64,000 nucleotides of DNA, from positions 192,001 through 256,000 of the forward strand of contig CAVSGP010000009.1 in NCBI GenBank assembly GCA_963727505.1. The letters are read 5' to 3'. Positions 32,096-41,864 of this stretch are shown here, piece by piece (position 1 is the stretch's first letter; each line of letters begins with the position of its first letter). The notes under the pieces were generated by a model. That model was not told the origin of the DNA. It ran no database searches and was given only the letters and a program-made list of their open reading frames with translations. The position numbers and the translations under genes were made by a program. The DNA is from an uncultured Trueperaceae bacterium (GTDB lineage: Bacteria > Deinococcota > Deinococci > Deinococcales > Trueperaceae).

Positions 32096-33358
32096 CTATC
32101 CCTTGACGCCGCCGGCGGTGAGGCCGCCGATCAGGTAGCGCTCGAACCAGAAGAACAGCAGCATGATCGGCACCGTCACGATGACGGCGCCGGCCATCAG
32201 GAACTGGCGCGGCACCTCCTGCGAGTTGAGGCTCACCATGCCGCGCGAGAGCGTGAAGATGGAGGGCGTGTCGAGGAACATGAAGGCGAATAGGAACTCG
32301 TTCCAGGCGATCATGAACACGTACAGTCCCACCGACGCCAGGGCGGGCAGGGACAGCGGCAGCGTGATCCGCCAGATGACGGCCAGGCGGTTGCAGCCGT
32401 CGATGAGCCCGGCCTCCTCGAGGTCTCGTGGCAGCGTTTGGAAGTAGCTGCGGAGCATGTACAGGGCGACGGGCAGCGTGGTCGCCGGATAGACGATCAG
32501 CAAGCCCGGCAGGGTGTCGCGCAGGCCCAGCTGCGTGAACACGGCGTAGAGCGGGATGACCAGCACGATGGCCGGGAACATGTAGATGAGCAGGATCGAG
32601 CGCGACAGCAACTCGCGCCCGGGGAAGCGCAGTCGCGTCACCGCGTAGGCGCCGAGCACCGAGAGGACGAGCGTCACGGCCACGGTGACGAGGGCCACGA
32701 AGGTGCTGTTGAGGATGAAGCGCCCGAAGTGGAAGGTGGTCAACACCTCGCGGTACCCGACCAACAGCGAGCCGAGCGATTTGTGCACGTCGACGCCGAG
32801 GAAGGTCGGGCGCGCCAGCATCTCGGCCCGACTCTTCAGCGACGAGGCGACCATGAAGTAGAAGGGGAACGCCACCAGTGTGCCGAAGAACGTGAAGCCG
32901 ACGGCACGAAGTGCGCGCAGCAGCAGGATCTCGATCTCGGTGCGGCGCATGCGACCGAGCTTGAGGTCGCGCAGCCCATAGCGGGTGAGATGGGTTGCGA
33001 ACAGGCCGGCGAGGAGTGCCGATGCGGCGCCCCAGCCGAAGGGGAGCGGCGTCGGGCCCAGGGGCCGGCCGCGGCTGAAGGCGAGCCACAGCGCTGCGCC
33101 CGCCAGACCGATGAGCACCACGGCGCTCCACGAGCTGTCCCGCGGGCCTCGCCAGAGCGCCAGCGCCGTCCCCGTGGCCGCTCCCAGCAGGAGGGCCCAG
33201 GACAGCGGATAGGTGACGTCCAGGCCCCCGAAGATGGTGGCGGAGAGCGCCCAGGCGCCCACCATCAGGGCGTAGGAGAGCGCGCCGAGAACCGCGGCGG
33301 CAACGACGCCGGCGATCGAGAGCCGCGCCGGCGCGGGGCCCGGCCCGCCGGCGCTCAT
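32096..33358 (-). CDS. Carbohydrate ABC transporter permease with N-terminal TM extension
   Basis: LEEAGLIDGC EAA motif, FMIAWNEFLFA, GGLTAGGVKG. Confidence 0.9.
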   Translation of the reverse strand: MSAGGPGPAPARLSIAGVVAAAVLGALSYALMVGAWALSATIFGGLDVTYPLSWALLLGAATGTALALWRGPRDSSWSAVVLIGLAGAALWLAFSRGRPLGPTPLPFGWGAASALLAGLFATHLTRYGLRDLKLGRMRRTEIEILLLRALRAVGFTFFGTLVAFPFYFMVASSLKSRAEMLARPTFLGVDVHKSLGSLLVGYREVLTTFHFGRFILNSTFVALVTVAVTLVLSVLGAYAVTRLRFPGRELLSRSILLIYMFPAIVLVIPLYAVFTQLGLRDTLPGLLIVYPATTLPVALYMLRSYFQTLPRDLEEAGLIDGCNRLAVIWRITLPLSLPALASVGLYVFMIAWNEFLFAFMFLDTPSIFTLSRGMVSLNSQEVPRQFLMAGAVIVTVPIMLLFFWFERYLIGGLTAGGVKG

Positions 33359-34626
33359 GCTTCGTCCTCCGGGGCGTAGCGGAAGTAGAGCACCATGAAG
33401 GCTGCCAGGATCACGAACAGCGCCACCGCGACCGCGGCGCCTGCGCCCAGATCGGCAAGCGCGAAGGCCTGGTCGTACACCTGCACCGTGAGCGTCTTGG
33501 TGCCGGCGGCGCCGCCGGTGAGAAGGAAGATATCGTCGAACTTGTTGAACGTCCAGATGAAGCGCAGCAGGAAGAGCGTCGAGAGGATGCCCACGAGCTG
33601 CGGCAGGGTGATGAACCAGAACTGCTGCAGCGGGCTGGCCCCGTCGACCTCGGCGGCCTCGTACATCTCGCCCGGGATGGCCTGAAAGCGCGCCAGGATG
33701 AACAGGAAGGCGAACGGGAAGTAGCGCCAGGCTTCGAACGCGATCACGGTGGAGAGCGCCAGCGGGAGCGCCAGGTGCAGCCCGAACAGGTTCACCTCGA
33801 AGCTGCGCTGGCTGAGGAAGGCCACCGCCTGCCCGAGCAGCCCGAAACGCTGCCCCAGGGCGTTGACGGCGCCCGACAGCGGATCGAGCAGGAATGCCCA
33901 GGTGAAGGTGACGGCGATGACCGGTGCGACGTAGGGGAAGAGGAAGAACCCGCGTAGCAGGCCCTTGCCGATGAACGACTCGTCGAGGAGCTGGGCGGCG
34001 AACAGGCCGAGCAGGATCGAGCCGATCGTCCCGAGGATGGTGTAGGTCAGCGTGACGCCGAGGGCCGGCCAGAACTCCCTGCCGGAGAGCACCTTGCGGA
34101 AGTTGGCGAGCGTGAAGTGCAGGTTGGTCAGGACGTTGGGCGCGCGGCCGCGGATGGCCGCGCCCGCGTCCGTGGGCTCGGGTGCGCCGGCGTCGAGATA
34201 GTCCTGGGTGGCTCGGAAGGTCAGATCGAGGTTGATGCGGGTCCCGCCCTCCCAGGTCCCCAACTGGCATGCCAGGCGTGGCGCCTGGTAGTCGCATCGA
34301 GGATCGAGCTCGACCGCCTCGAGACCGGGCGGCAGGCGGTCGAACAGCGCCACCTGGGTCACGGCGACCGTCTGGGAGCTGTTGCGCATCTGGTAGCGCA
34401 CGACCAGATCGTCTCCGGCAGTTGCGGGACGCTCGAGCACGCGGACGCGCAACACCGGCTGCGGCGGCCTGAGGTCGACCAGTTTGACCGGCTTGAAGCT
34501 GATCCACACGTTGGCGATCACCGGGAACAGCACGATCGCGAAGACGATGAGGAACGTCGGCGCGAGCATCCAGAAGGCCAGGCGCGCCTCGCGCGCCGCC
34601 AACGATCCCCTCCTGGTCCGCCTCAT
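33355..34626 (-). CDS. Carbohydrate ABC transporter permease with a periplasmic Ig-like insertion
   Basis: MYEAAEVDGAS..QFWFITLP EAA motif; ~100-aa beta-rich insert after TM1. Confidence 0.9.
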   Translation of the reverse strand: MRRTRRGSLAAREARLAFWMLAPTFLIVFAIVLFPVIANVWISFKPVKLVDLRPPQPVLRVRVLERPATAGDDLVVRYQMRNSSQTVAVTQVALFDRLPPGLEAVELDPRCDYQAPRLACQLGTWEGGTRINLDLTFRATQDYLDAGAPEPTDAGAAIRGRAPNVLTNLHFTLANFRKVLSGREFWPALGVTLTYTILGTIGSILLGLFAAQLLDESFIGKGLLRGFFLFPYVAPVIAVTFTWAFLLDPLSGAVNALGQRFGLLGQAVAFLSQRSFEVNLFGLHLALPLALSTVIAFEAWRYFPFAFLFILARFQAIPGEMYEAAEVDGASPLQQFWFITLPQLVGILSTLFLLRFIWTFNKFDDIFLLTGGAAGTKTLTVQVYDQAFALADLGAGAAVAVALFVILAAFMVLYFRYAPEDEA

Positions 34627-34646
34627 CGCACCTCCCGATGGGCTCG

Positions 34647-34678
34647 GGTCGGGGTGGGGCCGCGGCCCCACCCCGACC
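34647..34678. terminator. Intergenic hairpin after the sugar-binding protein gene (mRNA stabiliser or partial terminator)
   Basis: ggtcggggtggggc-cgcg-gccccaccccgacc. Confidence 0.6.
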
Positions 34679-34689
34679 GTGTCACGGCT

Positions 34690-36027
34690 CTACTGCAGAG
34701 CGCTGATGCGCTGCTGGAGCTGATCGGCGGCGGTCGGCGCGTCGATCTCGCCGTCGAGGTAGCGGCGCACGACCTCGGCCATCACGCGGGTGCCGTAGAG
34801 ACGCCCGATGAGGGCGCCCTGGCCCTTGGAGTACGCCCAGCGGTTGCCGGTGTCGAGCCCCTGGACGATGTTGGTGATGACGTCGGGCGGGTAGAACTGC
34901 GACATCGGCGCCTTGCGATCGACCCCCATGGGGAGCTGCGCCCAGCCGTCGACGTACTTGGTGGGCTCGTCTGCCGTCCCGCGCCGCACTGGGAAGAAGC
35001 CTTCCGGCGCGAAGGACAGCCAGTCGAGGTAGCCGTCGGAGAGCAGGTACTCGACGAACTGCTGCGCCTTGGCGGTGTCGGCGTCGACGGTGATGCCCAG
35101 GTAGGTGACCTGCGCCCAGCCGGCGCCGTCGGGGTTGCTCGGTCCCGCCACGCGCGTGACGATCCCGGTGTTCTCGGCCAGCTTGGGGCTGGTGGGGTCG
35201 GCGTAGGCGGTGACCGGCACGGAGTCGCGCAGGCCCGCCAGCTCGTCGAGGATGAACGGCGACCACACGATCATGGCGGCCTTGCCGGCAAGGTAGAGCT
35301 CGCGCGACTGCTGCCAGTAGAGGTTGCCCGCCGGGCTGGCGTCGGCCAGCTTCTTGTAGAACTCGAGCACCTCGATGGTCTTGTCCTTGTCGAGGTTCAC
35401 CTTGCCGTCGGGCCCGATCAGACTCACGCCGTCGGCCAGGAAGAACTCCTCCAGGACCTGCATGGTGTAGTCGTTGTTGACGTCGGTGGCCGCCACGAAG
35501 CCGAACATGTTGGGCGGATCCCCGAGGGCAGCGACCGCCTTCTCGATGTTCGCGAAGGTGGTCGGCGGCTGCAGGTTGTGCTGGGAGAAGAGATCCTTGC
35601 GGTAGAGGATGAGCTGCGTCCAACCGCTCAGGGGCACGGCTGCGGTGTCGCCCTTGTAGGCGACCTGGGCGAGTGCGCCAGGCGCGAAGGTGCCGCGCCC
35701 GAGCTGATCGATCACCTCGTTGGCGGCCTGGGTGTCGAGGATGCCGGCATCGGCCCAGCCGATCGACTGGCTCTGTGGCGTGATGATGACGTCGGGCAGG
35801 TCGCCGGCCGAGAAAGCGGCGGTCACGCGCGGCCCGAGCTCGCTCTCCTCGACCGGCACGAGCTGGACGCTGGTGCCGGTCTTGGCCTGGAAGTCTGCGA
35901 CGATCTGCTGCTGCTTGGCCATGCGCTCCGGCTGGATCTCGGTGGTCCAGAAGACGAGCTGCGCCGAGGCGGCGCCGGCGAGGAGCAGCGCCAGCAGGCC
36001 CACGAGCGTCAAGAACGAACGTTTCAT
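34690..36027 (-). CDS. Sugar ABC transporter substrate-binding protein
   Basis: Signal peptide ASA-Q; GDLPDV, LILYRKDLF, GKAAM; RBS TAGGAGG. Confidence 0.9.
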   Translation of the reverse strand: MKRSFLTLVGLLALLLAGAASAQLVFWTTEIQPERMAKQQQIVADFQAKTGTSVQLVPVEESELGPRVTAAFSAGDLPDVIITPQSQSIGWADAGILDTQAANEVIDQLGRGTFAPGALAQVAYKGDTAAVPLSGWTQLILYRKDLFSQHNLQPPTTFANIEKAVAALGDPPNMFGFVAATDVNNDYTMQVLEEFFLADGVSLIGPDGKVNLDKDKTIEVLEFYKKLADASPAGNLYWQQSRELYLAGKAAMIVWSPFILDELAGLRDSVPVTAYADPTSPKLAENTGIVTRVAGPSNPDGAGWAQVTYLGITVDADTAKAQQFVEYLLSDGYLDWLSFAPEGFFPVRRGTADEPTKYVDGWAQLPMGVDRKAPMSQFYPPDVITNIVQGLDTGNRWAYSKGQGALIGRLYGTRVMAEVVRRYLDGEIDAPTAADQLQQRISALQ

Positions 36028-36301
36028 CGATCCCTCCTAAGGTGTGGACGTTCGGGTCGCGGTGAATCGGTTGGCTCCGAGGCCCTCCTTCCTCGGACGT
36101 CGGCGACGATGCCCGTGTCGGGGCAGACAACACCACTGCCGCGCCCCGTTTCGGTGCGCGGTTCCGCAAGTCGGTGTCGGAGAAGACAGATCGAGCGGCG
36201 TGCCGCCGTGCCGTAGGGTAGGCAGGGTTCCGCGAAGGTCTTGCCCGAGTATGGTCGAAGCGCTGTCGAAGCGTTAGTGACGCAAGTCCCGGGGCGTCGC
36301 G

Positions 36302-36685
36302 CTAGCGGGTCGCAGTGTCGTCCTCGCCGGTCCCGAGGTGCCGCGCCAGCACCCGCATGGCGGCCAGCGCACGGGGGAAGCCGGCGAACATGGCGACTTG
36401 CAGGACGGTCTCGCGCACCTCGGCCACGCTGGCTCCGCAGCGGAGCGCGCCCCGCAGGTGGGTGGGCAGCTCCCGCTCGGCTCCGAGCGCGCTGAGCAGC
36501 GCCACCGCCAGCAGCTCGCGGGTGCGCAGATCGAGCTGCGGGCGCTCGAACACCTCGCCGTAGGCCACCCGCATGATCAGCGCCGCCAGGTCGGGGTCGG
36601 TTTCGACCAGCTTGGCCTCGATGGCCGCGGCGTCCTCGCCCCAGATCCGGGCGCGCGCCGAGATGTCGTGCTCGTCGTCGCTCAT
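36302..36685 (-). CDS. Carboxymuconolactone decarboxylase-family protein
   Basis: AYGEVFERPQLDLRTRELL, HLRGALRCG, AGFPRAL. Confidence 0.85.
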   Translation of the reverse strand: MSDDEHDISARARIWGEDAAAIEAKLVETDPDLAALIMRVAYGEVFERPQLDLRTRELLAVALLSALGAERELPTHLRGALRCGASVAEVRETVLQVAMFAGFPRALAAMRVLARHLGTGEDDTATR

Positions 36686-37338
36686 GCCGATGCCTCCTCG
36701 CCCCACTCGACGATGACGGCCACCGTGCCCGAGCGCACCGTCACGGTCGTGCCGTCCGCCGCCCGGTTCGACAGTCCCAGCCCGACCCCGAACGGGAGGG
36801 CAGCGTCCTCGAGCGGGAAGCGGGCACCACGGAGGTCGACACGGGCCTCGCCGCGCAGGCTGAGCAGGCTGAACAGGGTGCCCTTCGGGAGGTCCAGTGC
36901 CGACTCGTCCCCGGCGGTCAGCAACCGGGCTTCGTGCACGCCGCCGTACAGGTGGACGCGCAGGCCGTCCTCGCGCAGGCGGGCGGCGATCAGGAGCGCG
37001 GCCAGCGTCTGATCAAGGCGGCCGTCGAAAACGCCACCCAGGATCAGCTCGGTGGCGCCGCGCTCCCGCGCCACGGCGATGGCGAGCTCCAGGTCGAGCT
37101 CGTCCTTGTCCTTGGGGTGCTCGACCCGCGGAACCTCGGTGTGGCGGCGCAGCAGCGCCGGGCTAGCGCTATCGAAGTCGCCCACCCAGAGGTCGACGTG
37201 GACGCCCAGCGCATCGGCCAGCTCCATGCCCGCGTCGGCGGCCACGACCAGCTCGGCCCCGCGCAGCGCGTGCTTCAGGCGCGCGTCGGCGTGCACCGGG
37301 CCGCCGGCGAGCACCGCCGCCAACCGACCTTCCATCAT
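36682..37338 (-). CDS. thiN: Thiamine pyrophosphokinase
   Basis: VVAADAG, VGDFDS, KDKDELDLELA, GRLDQTLA, GLSN; in the thiamine operon. Confidence 0.88.
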   Translation of the reverse strand: MMEGRLAAVLAGGPVHADARLKHALRGAELVVAADAGMELADALGVHVDLWVGDFDSASPALLRRHTEVPRVEHPKDKDELDLELAIAVARERGATELILGGVFDGRLDQTLAALLIAARLREDGLRVHLYGGVHEARLLTAGDESALDLPKGTLFSLLSLRGEARVDLRGARFPLEDAALPFGVGLGLSNRAADGTTVTVRSGTVAVIVEWGEEASA

Positions 37339-38411
37339 CGCTCCTCCAGCCTCACCCAGGCCGCCCGTGGCACCCGCACCCGGAGCGCGTCGCCCTCGCG
37401 AGGGCGCCCGTGGAGTTCCCGTGCGAACCCCTCCCAGGCGAGCTCGAGCGACCATGCGGGGAGGTCCAGCTCGAGCTGCCAGCGCAGCCCGTCGCGGCGG
37501 GCCCGGCGGACCGTCGCGGCGGTCACCGCGGCCCCGTCGTCGTCGCCGCTGCCGGTGACGTCGCTACCGGCGCCGTCGCTATAGGCGCCGTCGGGCGCGT
37601 CCGGCGGCAACAGGGTGACCATGTCGGCGCGCAGAAGGACCGGGTGGCCGTCGGCGGGGGCAACGTCCGGGACCGCCGTCAGCGCGGCCGCCTCGAAGAG
37701 GTTGCGGTGTCCCAGGAACCGCGCCGACCAGGCGCTGCGGGGTCGTTCCAGCACCTCCTCGCGGGTGCCGACCTGGGTGATGCGCCCCTCGCGCATGATG
37801 GCCACCCGACCGGCGATGGCGAAGGCCTCGGACTGGTCGTGGGTGACGTAGATGGCGCGCACGGGCAGGCGCGCCAGAAGGCTCCGCAGCTCCTCCTTGA
37901 GGGCCTCCCTCAGGCTCTGATCGAGGTTGGACAGCGGCTCATCGAGCAGCAGCACCTCGGGACGTGGCGCCAGGGCGCGCGCCAACGCGACGCGCTGCTG
38001 CTGGCCGCCGGAGAGCTCTTGCACGCGGCGCTGTTCGAGGCCGGAGAGCCCGACCAGGTCGAGCAGCTCCGCCACCCGCGCGCGCTGGTCCGGGACGTTC
38101 CAGCGCAGCTCCACCAGGCCGAACGCCACGTTGCGCTCGACGTTCAGGTGGGGGAACAGGGCGTAGTCCTGGAACACCATGCCGAAGCGACGGCGCTGCG
38201 GTGGCAGTGCGGTGATGTCCTCGTCGTCGAGGACGATGCGGCCGTCGTCGGGCGGCTCGAGCCCCGCGACCAGTCGCAACAGCGTGCTCTTGCCGCAACC
38301 GCTCGGCCCCAGCAAGGCCAGCGTCTCACGCGCCCCGAGCTCCAGGCTCACGCCGTCCACGGCGCGGGTGGCGCCGTAGTGTTTGCGAAGCTCGTTCAGG
38401 CGGAGGCTCAT
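37335..38411 (-). CDS. thiQ: ABC ATPase of the thiamine transporter (ThiQ-like)
   Basis: [39 protein letters not shown]. Confidence 0.8.
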   Translation of the reverse strand: MSLRLNELRKHYGATRAVDGVSLELGARETLALLGPSGCGKSTLLRLVAGLEPPDDGRIVLDDEDITALPPQRRRFGMVFQDYALFPHLNVERNVAFGLVELRWNVPDQRARVAELLDLVGLSGLEQRRVQELSGGQQQRVALARALAPRPEVLLLDEPLSNLDQSLREALKEELRSLLARLPVRAIYVTHDQSEAFAIAGRVAIMREGRITQVGTREEVLERPRSAWSARFLGHRNLFEAAALTAVPDVAPADGHPVLLRADMVTLLPPDAPDGAYSDGAGSDVTGSGDDDGAAVTAATVRRARRDGLRWQLELDLPAWSLELAWEGFARELHGRPREGDALRVRVPRAAWVRLEER

Positions 38412-38462
38412 GGGACGCGAAGCATCATACCGTCGAGGGTCGCGAGATCCGGCACGTCCACC

Positions 38463-40043
38463 TCAGAACTCGCTCCGCCCGCGCCGCTGCAGCAGCACCA
38501 TCACCGCTCCGGTGACCAGCATGAGCACCAGCGCCAGCGCCAGGGCGGCGCCGTAGTGCTGCGGCCCGGGCCGCCCCAGCCGGTTGAAGATCGCGATCGG
38601 CAGGGTGGCGTACTGCGGGCGCACCAGCAGCAGGGTGGCACCGAACTCGCCCATCGACACGGCGAAGGCGAAGCTGGTGGCGGTGAGCAGAGCGGGCCCG
38701 AGTTGTGGCAGCTCGACGCGCCACAGGATGCGGCCCGGACCCGCTCCCAGCGTGGCGGCTGCGGCGCCGAGCGCTGGGTCGAGGCCGCGCAGGGCCGGCA
38801 ACAACGCGCGTGCCACGAACGGGAACGCGATCAAGGCATGCGCGATGGGGATGCCCCAGGGATGGGTGACCAGCAGAGGGAACGCCAGCAGGTAGCCGAA
38901 ACCCAGGGTGACCGGGCTGGTGGCCAGCGGCAGCAGACTGAGCTGGTCGAGCGCGCGCCAGCGCCCCCGGGCCACGGCGTAGGCGAAGGCGAAGCCGACA
39001 ACGAGCGCCAGGACGGTGCTGGCGCTGGCGAACGCGAGCGAGTTGCGCAGTGCCGTGCCGAGCGTGGCGAACCCCAGCACCCCGCTGGGGCGCGCCGCGC
39101 CCGCCAGGTTGTCGAGCGACGGGAACGCCCCGTTCGCTCCCTGGAGCGCCTGCACCGCCAGGGCGACGAGCGGCGCCAGGATGAGCGCGGCGGCCAGCGT
39201 CAGGTTCAGCCCGAGCAGCCAGCGGCTGCGCCCGCGCGCTTGCGGCAGGGTCTGCGCGCGCGCGGGGAGCGCGACTGCCATCCGGGCCTGCATCCGGGTG
39301 TAGAGCAGCGTGATGGCGCCGACCACGACGAGCTGCGCGACCACCAGCACGGCGGCCGGTCCGAGCTCGAGCAGGTGCGCGGTCAGTTGGTAGATCTCCA
39401 CCTCGAGCGTTGCGAGCCCCGGGGACGGCGCCAGGATGAGGATCACCCCGAAGCTCGTGAAGCAGAACAGGAACACCAGCGTGGATGCTGCCAGCAGCGC
39501 CGGCAGGGCGAGCGGCAGGCTGACGCGCAGGGTGCCGCGCCACGCCCCGGCACCCAGGGTGCTCGCCGCCTCCAGCAGCCGTGGCGCCGCGCCTTCGAGA
39601 AAGCCGCCTACCATGCGTACGACGATGGCGTAGTTGTAGAACACGTGGGCGAGCAGCACCAGGACCAGCGTGCCGCGCAGGTCGATCCCGGTGAGGCCGC
39701 GCGGTCCGAACAGCGCCAGGAAGCCGATGCCGGCGACCACGGTCGGCATCACGAAGGGGATGGTGAAGGCGGCCGTCCACAGGCGCTTGCCGGGGAAGGC
39801 GTAGCGCGCGAACAGCAGTGCGCCCGGGAGGCCGAGTGCCACCGTGAGGGCGGTCGACAGCAGGGCCTGGCCGGTGGTGAAGCCGAGCCGTTGCCAGTAG
39901 AAGGGGTTCGTTGCCACTTCGACGAGCGCGCTTCCGTCACCCACGCTGCGGGCCAGGATGACGGCCAGCGGCAACAGGAAGAACACGGCCAGGAACGCCG
40001 AGGCCGCGACGCCGAAGGTGGTGCTGACCCAGGTCGCACGCAT
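38463..40043 (-). CDS. thiP: Thiamine ABC permease (ThiP-like, duplicated TM domain)
   Basis: LAHVFYNY, EAASTLGA, AAATLGA, SMGEFGAT; TAGACT-N7-ATG. Confidence 0.85.
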   Translation of the reverse strand: MRATWVSTTFGVAASAFLAVFFLLPLAVILARSVGDGSALVEVATNPFYWQRLGFTTGQALLSTALTVALGLPGALLFARYAFPGKRLWTAAFTIPFVMPTVVAGIGFLALFGPRGLTGIDLRGTLVLVLLAHVFYNYAIVVRMVGGFLEGAAPRLLEAASTLGAGAWRGTLRVSLPLALPALLAASTLVFLFCFTSFGVILILAPSPGLATLEVEIYQLTAHLLELGPAAVLVVAQLVVVGAITLLYTRMQARMAVALPARAQTLPQARGRSRWLLGLNLTLAAALILAPLVALAVQALQGANGAFPSLDNLAGAARPSGVLGFATLGTALRNSLAFASASTVLALVVGFAFAYAVARGRWRALDQLSLLPLATSPVTLGFGYLLAFPLLVTHPWGIPIAHALIAFPFVARALLPALRGLDPALGAAAATLGAGPGRILWRVELPQLGPALLTATSFAFAVSMGEFGATLLLVRPQYATLPIAIFNRLGRPGPQHYGAALALALVLMLVTGAVMVLLQRRGRSEF

Positions 40044-40275
40044 GGCAGGCAGTCTAGCGCCGGCCGCCGGGGCCGAGTGGCGGCCCGTTGCGGCTCCCGG
40101 TGGCGTCGGGGCGGGACGGCGACGTGTTGGCGGGCGGTAGGTGAAGCGTGCCCAGGACGGACTCCGCATCACGTTGGTCCACGAGCCCTAGACAAGCGTC
40201 CCTCTGGTCGGGTACAACTCTCGCGTGGAGCCGACGCCCGGAGAATCTGGCGTTAGGCATGCGAGGAGGCAGGCC

Positions 40276-40416
40276 ATGCTCCGCTGGCTTCGAAAGATAC
40301 GTCTGCGCCCGAAAGCTCGTCCTACGCGCGCGGTGGCTCGGTCCATCCGGCACGAACGTGCGGTGCTCGAGCGTTGGGCCAGGCGCAAAGCGAACGATTC
40401 CTACAAGCTTCCTTGA
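40276..40416 (+). CDS. Small highly basic protein (46 aa), opposite strand to the thi genes
   Basis: RBS GAGGAGG, MLRWLRKIRLRPKARPTRAVARS...; candidate promoter TAGACA-18-TACAAC; downstream hairpin. Confidence 0.5.
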   Translation: MLRWLRKIRLRPKARPTRAVARSIRHERAVLERWARRKANDSYKLP

Positions 40417-40446
40417 CCCGCCGTCCGGCTCGCGCCTGACGCGGGA

Positions 40447-40478
40447 GTTCGGGGGCGTCCGACCGGGCGCCCCCGAAC
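40447..40478. terminator. Hairpin between the convergent small ORF and thiB
   Basis: gttcgggggcgtcc-gacc-gggcgcccccgaac. Confidence 0.6.
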
Positions 40479-40532
40479 CGTTGCGGCGCGGCATCAGCGG
40501 CGGGCGCCGCGACCGCGGGGACGGCCGAGCCG

Positions 40533-41624
40533 TCAGCGCACCGCCGCCGGAGCGCGGCCTTGCTGCACCACGGCCGTCCACTGCCGGATCCAGCGCTTCT
40601 CTCCGCTCGCGATGGCCTCCGGGCTGAGCGTGGCCGTCTGCTGCGCCGTCGGTACCGGCCCGTACGCCTGGAACTCCGCCGGCACGGCTGCCCCGGCGAT
40701 CACCGGGTAGACGAACATGTTGAGCGGCATGTCCTCCTGGAAGCGCTTGGAGAGCATGAAGTCGATGAACGCCCGCGCCGCCTTGAGGTGCTTCGTGCCC
40801 TTGAGGATGCCGGCCGCCTCGATCTGCATCCAGGCGCACCCGTTGCAGGTCACGTTCGCCGTGGGGCTGGTGGCCGGCGTCGACTTGGCGAAGATCACCT
40901 CGGCAGGGGGGCTGGTGGTGTAACTGACCACGATCGGGCGGTCGCCGCCGTAGGGGCTGAAGGAGCTGTTGTAGGCCTCCTCCCAGCCGTTGGTGATCTG
41001 CACGCCGTTGTCCCGCAGCTTCGCCCAGTAATCCAGCCAGTCGCCCGGCTGGCCTTCGCCGAAGCGGGCGATGGTCATGAGCACGAAAGCGAGGCCGGGG
41101 CTCGAGGTGGCCGGGTTCTCCACCACCAGCAAGTCCTTGTAGGCGGGCAGGGTGAGGTCGGCGAGCGACGTGGGGACGGGCGCGCCCGCCTTCTCGAGCG
41201 CCGCCTTGGCGACGTTGAGGTCGACGTAGGCGGCATCGATCGGGGTGACGAGGTGGTCCGGGTCGAAGCGGTAGGCCGGCTGCACGGTGTCGAGCGCGGG
41301 GCTTCGGTAGGGTTCGAAGATGCCGGCGGTTTTCGCCCGCACCAGAAGGCTGTTGTCGACGCCGTAGAGCACGTCGGCGATCGGGTGGTCCTTGGTGAGG
41401 ATGGCGCGGTTGACCACCTCGCCGGCGTCACCGCCCTGGACGAACGTGACGCGGATGCCGGTCTGGTCGGTGAAGGCCTGGACCACGTCCTTCGAGACCG
41501 CGAAGGAGCTGTGCGTCAGGACGGTGAGCGTCTCGGCCAGGGCCGAACCGGACAGGGCCGGGCCGGACAGGGCCAGCACGACGGCAAGCGGCGGCAGCAG
41601 CGAGACACGGAACTTGGCTCTCAT
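40533..41624 (-). CDS. thiB: Thiamine ABC substrate-binding protein
   Basis: LTVLTHSSF, GDAGEVVN, ADVLYGVDN, NPATSSPGLAF, VVSYTTSP, QIEAAGIL; downstream of a TPP riboswitch. Confidence 0.9.
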   Translation of the reverse strand: MRAKFRVSLLPPLAVVLALSGPALSGSALAETLTVLTHSSFAVSKDVVQAFTDQTGIRVTFVQGGDAGEVVNRAILTKDHPIADVLYGVDNSLLVRAKTAGIFEPYRSPALDTVQPAYRFDPDHLVTPIDAAYVDLNVAKAALEKAGAPVPTSLADLTLPAYKDLLVVENPATSSPGLAFVLMTIARFGEGQPGDWLDYWAKLRDNGVQITNGWEEAYNSSFSPYGGDRPIVVSYTTSPPAEVIFAKSTPATSPTANVTCNGCAWMQIEAAGILKGTKHLKAARAFIDFMLSKRFQEDMPLNMFVYPVIAGAAVPAEFQAYGPVPTAQQTATLSPEAIASGEKRWIRQWTAVVQQGRAPAAVR

Positions 41625-41686
41625 GAGGAGGTCCTTTCCGTCACCAGCGGGGGGTCGTGGAGCAGGGTTGTGGGGAGTTCGACGCT

Positions 41687-41762
41687 GTCACGCTTCCTCC
41701 GCCCGCATGACCGGGATCAGGTTCAAGGGTCTTTCTCAGCCCCGAGGGGCACCCCTGGTGAC
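41687..41762 (-). ncRNA. TPP riboswitch
   Basis: Minus strand ggggtgcc..gctgaga..acccttgaacctgatc..tcatgc..cggaggaag; promoter TTGACA-17-TAGCTT at 41769-41797. Confidence 0.93.
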
Positions 41763-41864
41763 CCCTCGAAGCTAGCGCTCCCGCGCGCGGATGTCAATGC
41801 CGGTGTCCTAGACTGGTTCGCGGGGCGCGCCACGCGCGCCCCGGTCGGAACAGGGGTGAAGCGC

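Noticed and set aside
36255..36278. GTCGAAGCG direct repeat / LacI-like operator upstream of the sugar ABC operon
   Set aside because: Plausible but short and degenerate, and there is no LacI gene in the window to support it
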